From Eledone cirrhosa (lineage: Eukaryota): a DNA stretch of 64,000 nt. Below, one piece after another: positions 61,024 through 64,000 of the stretch. The first letter of the stretch is position 1, and every line of letters begins with the position of its first letter. The position numbers and the translations under genes were made by a program. The notes under the pieces were generated by a model. That model did no database searches. It saw only the letters and a program-made list of their open reading frames with translations, and was not told where the DNA came from. Location: NCBI GenBank assembly GCA_964016885.1, contig OZ024764.1:10726001-10790000 (forward strand). Reading direction: 5' to 3'.

Positions 61024-61200
61024 CAATAACACCACCATCACCACCACCACATCTGTGAGAAAAACCACAGACCCTCCATCTCAACTCTACTTTTGAAAAG
61101 CATAAGAACTGCGAAACCGGTAAAGGAACCAAATAAATATATATACTTAAAAAAAAGAAAGACTGCAGTAGCATTTTCGATTTCATCCTTTTTTCTTTAT
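60804..61200. mobile_element. Inverted pair of ~145-bp arms around a (CAC/CTA)n spacer; arms carry a hammerhead 3' half
   Basis: 60804-60947 is the reverse complement of 61055-61200; GAAAC-cg-GTA at 61113-61122 followed by aataaa. Confidence 0.85.
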
Positions 61201-61205
61201 ATATT

Positions 61206-61239
<34 letters not shown>

Positions 61240-61347
61240 TACACACACACATATATACATGTACACACACACACAGTCAGACAGACACACACATATATAT
61301 ATGTAAACACAAACACACACACACACATATATATGTAAACACAAACG

Positions 61348-61423
<76 letters not shown>

Positions 61424-61468
61424 TACATATATCTATATACATATATCTATATACATATATATACACAC

Positions 61469-61519
<51 letters not shown>

Positions 61520-62024
61520 CATATATATATACACACATATATATATATATACACAGATGTAGCGAGATCTAGGCAAATAGATGTCTATTGAAACGTACGT
61601 AAGAACCGAATAAATCTCTTTTACTGCATCTTTCTGTTCTTTTTAATTCTTTATACACATATATATATACACATATATATACACACATATATATATACAC
61701 ACACACATATATATATATATATGTGTGTATATATATGTATATATATATATATATGTGTATATATATATATGTGTGTATATATATGTGTATATATATATAT
61801 GCGTGTGTATATATATATGTATTATATACACACATATATATATATATACATATATATATACACACGCATATATACACCCCCTCGCATATGTCGTCTGTCT
61901 GTGGGTCTGTTATAAATCTTACAATTTGTTTTCACAACCGTATGTTTAAGATTCAACATGACAACATCACCAGAAACATACTCGCACCCCCACCCCCATA
62001 ACCCTTCCCACCCACCCACCCCAT

Positions 62025-62171
62025 CCTCATCATCATCATCATCATCATCATCACCACCGCCATCATCATCATCAGCAACAACAGCAACAACATTACCATC
62101 ATCATGAACACCACCAATCATTCATCATCGCCATCATCATCGCCACCACCATCACCAACAACAAAACCATC

Positions 62172-62205
<34 letters not shown>

Positions 62206-63930
62206 TCATCACCAACAACAAAACCAATTATCACCACCATTATCTTCATCACCATCAACATCACCCTCAACACCATCCTCACCATCACCACCATCATCAC
62301 CATCAACATCATCACCATCAACACCATCCTCACCAACAACAACAACACCATCATCACCATCAACATCATCACCCTCAACACCATCATTACTATCATCATC
62401 ATCATCACCATCAACATCATCACCATCAACACCATCCTCACCAACAACAACAACACCATCATCACCATCAACATCATCACCATCAACACCATCCTCACCA
62501 TCAACACTATCATCAACATCATCACCACCACCACCACCAACAACAACAACACCATCACCAACACCATCATCACCACCACCACCACCAACACCATCATCAC
62601 CACCAACATCACCACCACCAACACCATCATCACCACCACCACTTCCAACAACAACAACACCACCACCAACACCATCATCACTACCAACATCAGCAACATC
62701 ACCGTCAGCACCACCACCACCAACACCATCATCACCACCAACATCACCACCACCAACAACAACAACACCACCACCAACATCATCATCACTACCAACATCA
62801 GCAACATCACCGTCACCAACACCACCACCGTCACCAACATCAACCGTCACCACCATTACATTATATTACATTTCATTACATCAAGTGTGAGGCTGACAAG
62901 TCACGGGAGGATTGTATTCCAATAAACGGGTGGATAACGGGTGGTCGCCTCATCATTAGAGTGTCGGGCTGTCTGCTATACAACACGATACCCTTTATAA
63001 TATGTGAACATAAACAAATGAAATTGTCGGGTACCTAATACTTCTTCGTTTTGGCAGAATATATATAGACCCATTGATATTGTTGTTGGTGGAGGTGTTG
63101 GGGTTTTTGGTGGTAGTGGTGGTGGTGGTGGTGGTTTTGGTAGTGGTGGTGGTGGTGGTGGTGTTGTTGTTGGTGTTGGTGGTGGTGTTGTGTTGGTTGC
63201 TGTGTTGGTGGTGGTGGTGGTGGTGGTGTTGGTGGTGTTGGTGGTGTTGGTGGTGTGGGTGGTGGTGGTGTTGGTGGTGACGGTGGTGTTGGTGGTGGTG
63301 GTGTTGGTGGTGACGGTGGTGTTGGTGGTGGTGGTGTTGGTTGTGGTGTTGGTGGTGGTTGTGTTTGTTGTTGTTGTGGTGGTGGTGTTGGTGGTGTTTG
63401 TATTGGTAGGGTTGGTGGTGTTGTAGGTGCTGACGGTGATGTTGCTGATGTTGGTAGTGATGATGGTGTTGGTGGTGGTGTTGTTGTTGTTGGAAGTGGT
63501 GGTGGTGATGATGGTGTTGGTGGTGGTGATGTTGGTGGTGATGATGGTGTTGTTGTTGGTGGTGGTGGTGGTGATGATGGTGTTGGTGATGGTGTTGTTG
63601 TTGTTGTTGGTGGTGGTGGTGATGATGTTGATAATAGTGTTGATGGTGGTGGTGGTGTTGGTGGTGTTGGTGGTGTTGGTGGTGTGGGTGGTGGTGGTGT
63701 TGGTGGTGACGGTGGTGGTGGTGTTGGTGGTGACTGTGGTGTTGGTGGTGGTGGTGAGGGTGGTGGTGGTGTTGGTGTCGGTGGTGGTGGTGGTGTTGCT
63801 GGTGGTGTTGGTGTTGGTGTTGGTAGTGGTGGTGGTGGTGGTGTTGGTGGTGTTTGTGTTGGTAGGGTTGGTGATGTTGGTGGTGGTGGTGTTGGGGTTG
63901 TTGGTGGTTTTGGGGTTGTTGGTGGTGTTT
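62025..63930. repeat. (CAT/CAC/CAA)n tract, unique spacer (about 62860-63075), then (GGT/GTT)n tract containing an inverted copy of part of the first tract
   Basis: Diagnostic acttccaac and accgtcagcacc in the first tract recur as gttggaagt and ggtgctgacggt. Confidence 0.85.
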
Positions 63931-64000
63931 ATCATTATCATAATTATTATTATCATGAACACCATCAGCATCATCACCGCCTCCACCATTATCAATACCA

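Overview
This is a gene-poor, AT-rich eukaryotic genomic window. The SINE sequence and the very high (TA)n/(CA)n content suggest an invertebrate, probably an octopod cephalopod (inference from recall, not checked). No convincing intact host protein-coding gene is visible, and almost all of the ORF track is translated microsatellite. The window holds: large microsatellite fields; minisatellites of 20, 66, 96 and 112 bp; a ~9.7-kb 26/32-bp satellite; about 10 copies of a tRNA-headed SINE; CR1/L2-type and RTE-type LINE 3' fragments; a Helitron-like 3' end; and several MITE-like inverted repeats. The most striking signal is a dense set of hammerhead-ribozyme motifs (CUGANGA-stem II-GAAA-stem III-GUH-stem I): about 13 with an intact CUGANGA core plus several decayed ones. 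They come from several unrelated short element families, mostly sit at (TA)n tracts, and often form fold-back palindromes, which resembles termini of Penelope-like retroelements. At least two, possibly three, minisatellites appear to have arisen from retroelement 3' ends. There are weak hints (splice sites, YY1/ETS motifs) of a minus-strand host gene spanning the window. All alignments and folds were done by eye, so coordinates of diverged elements are approximate.
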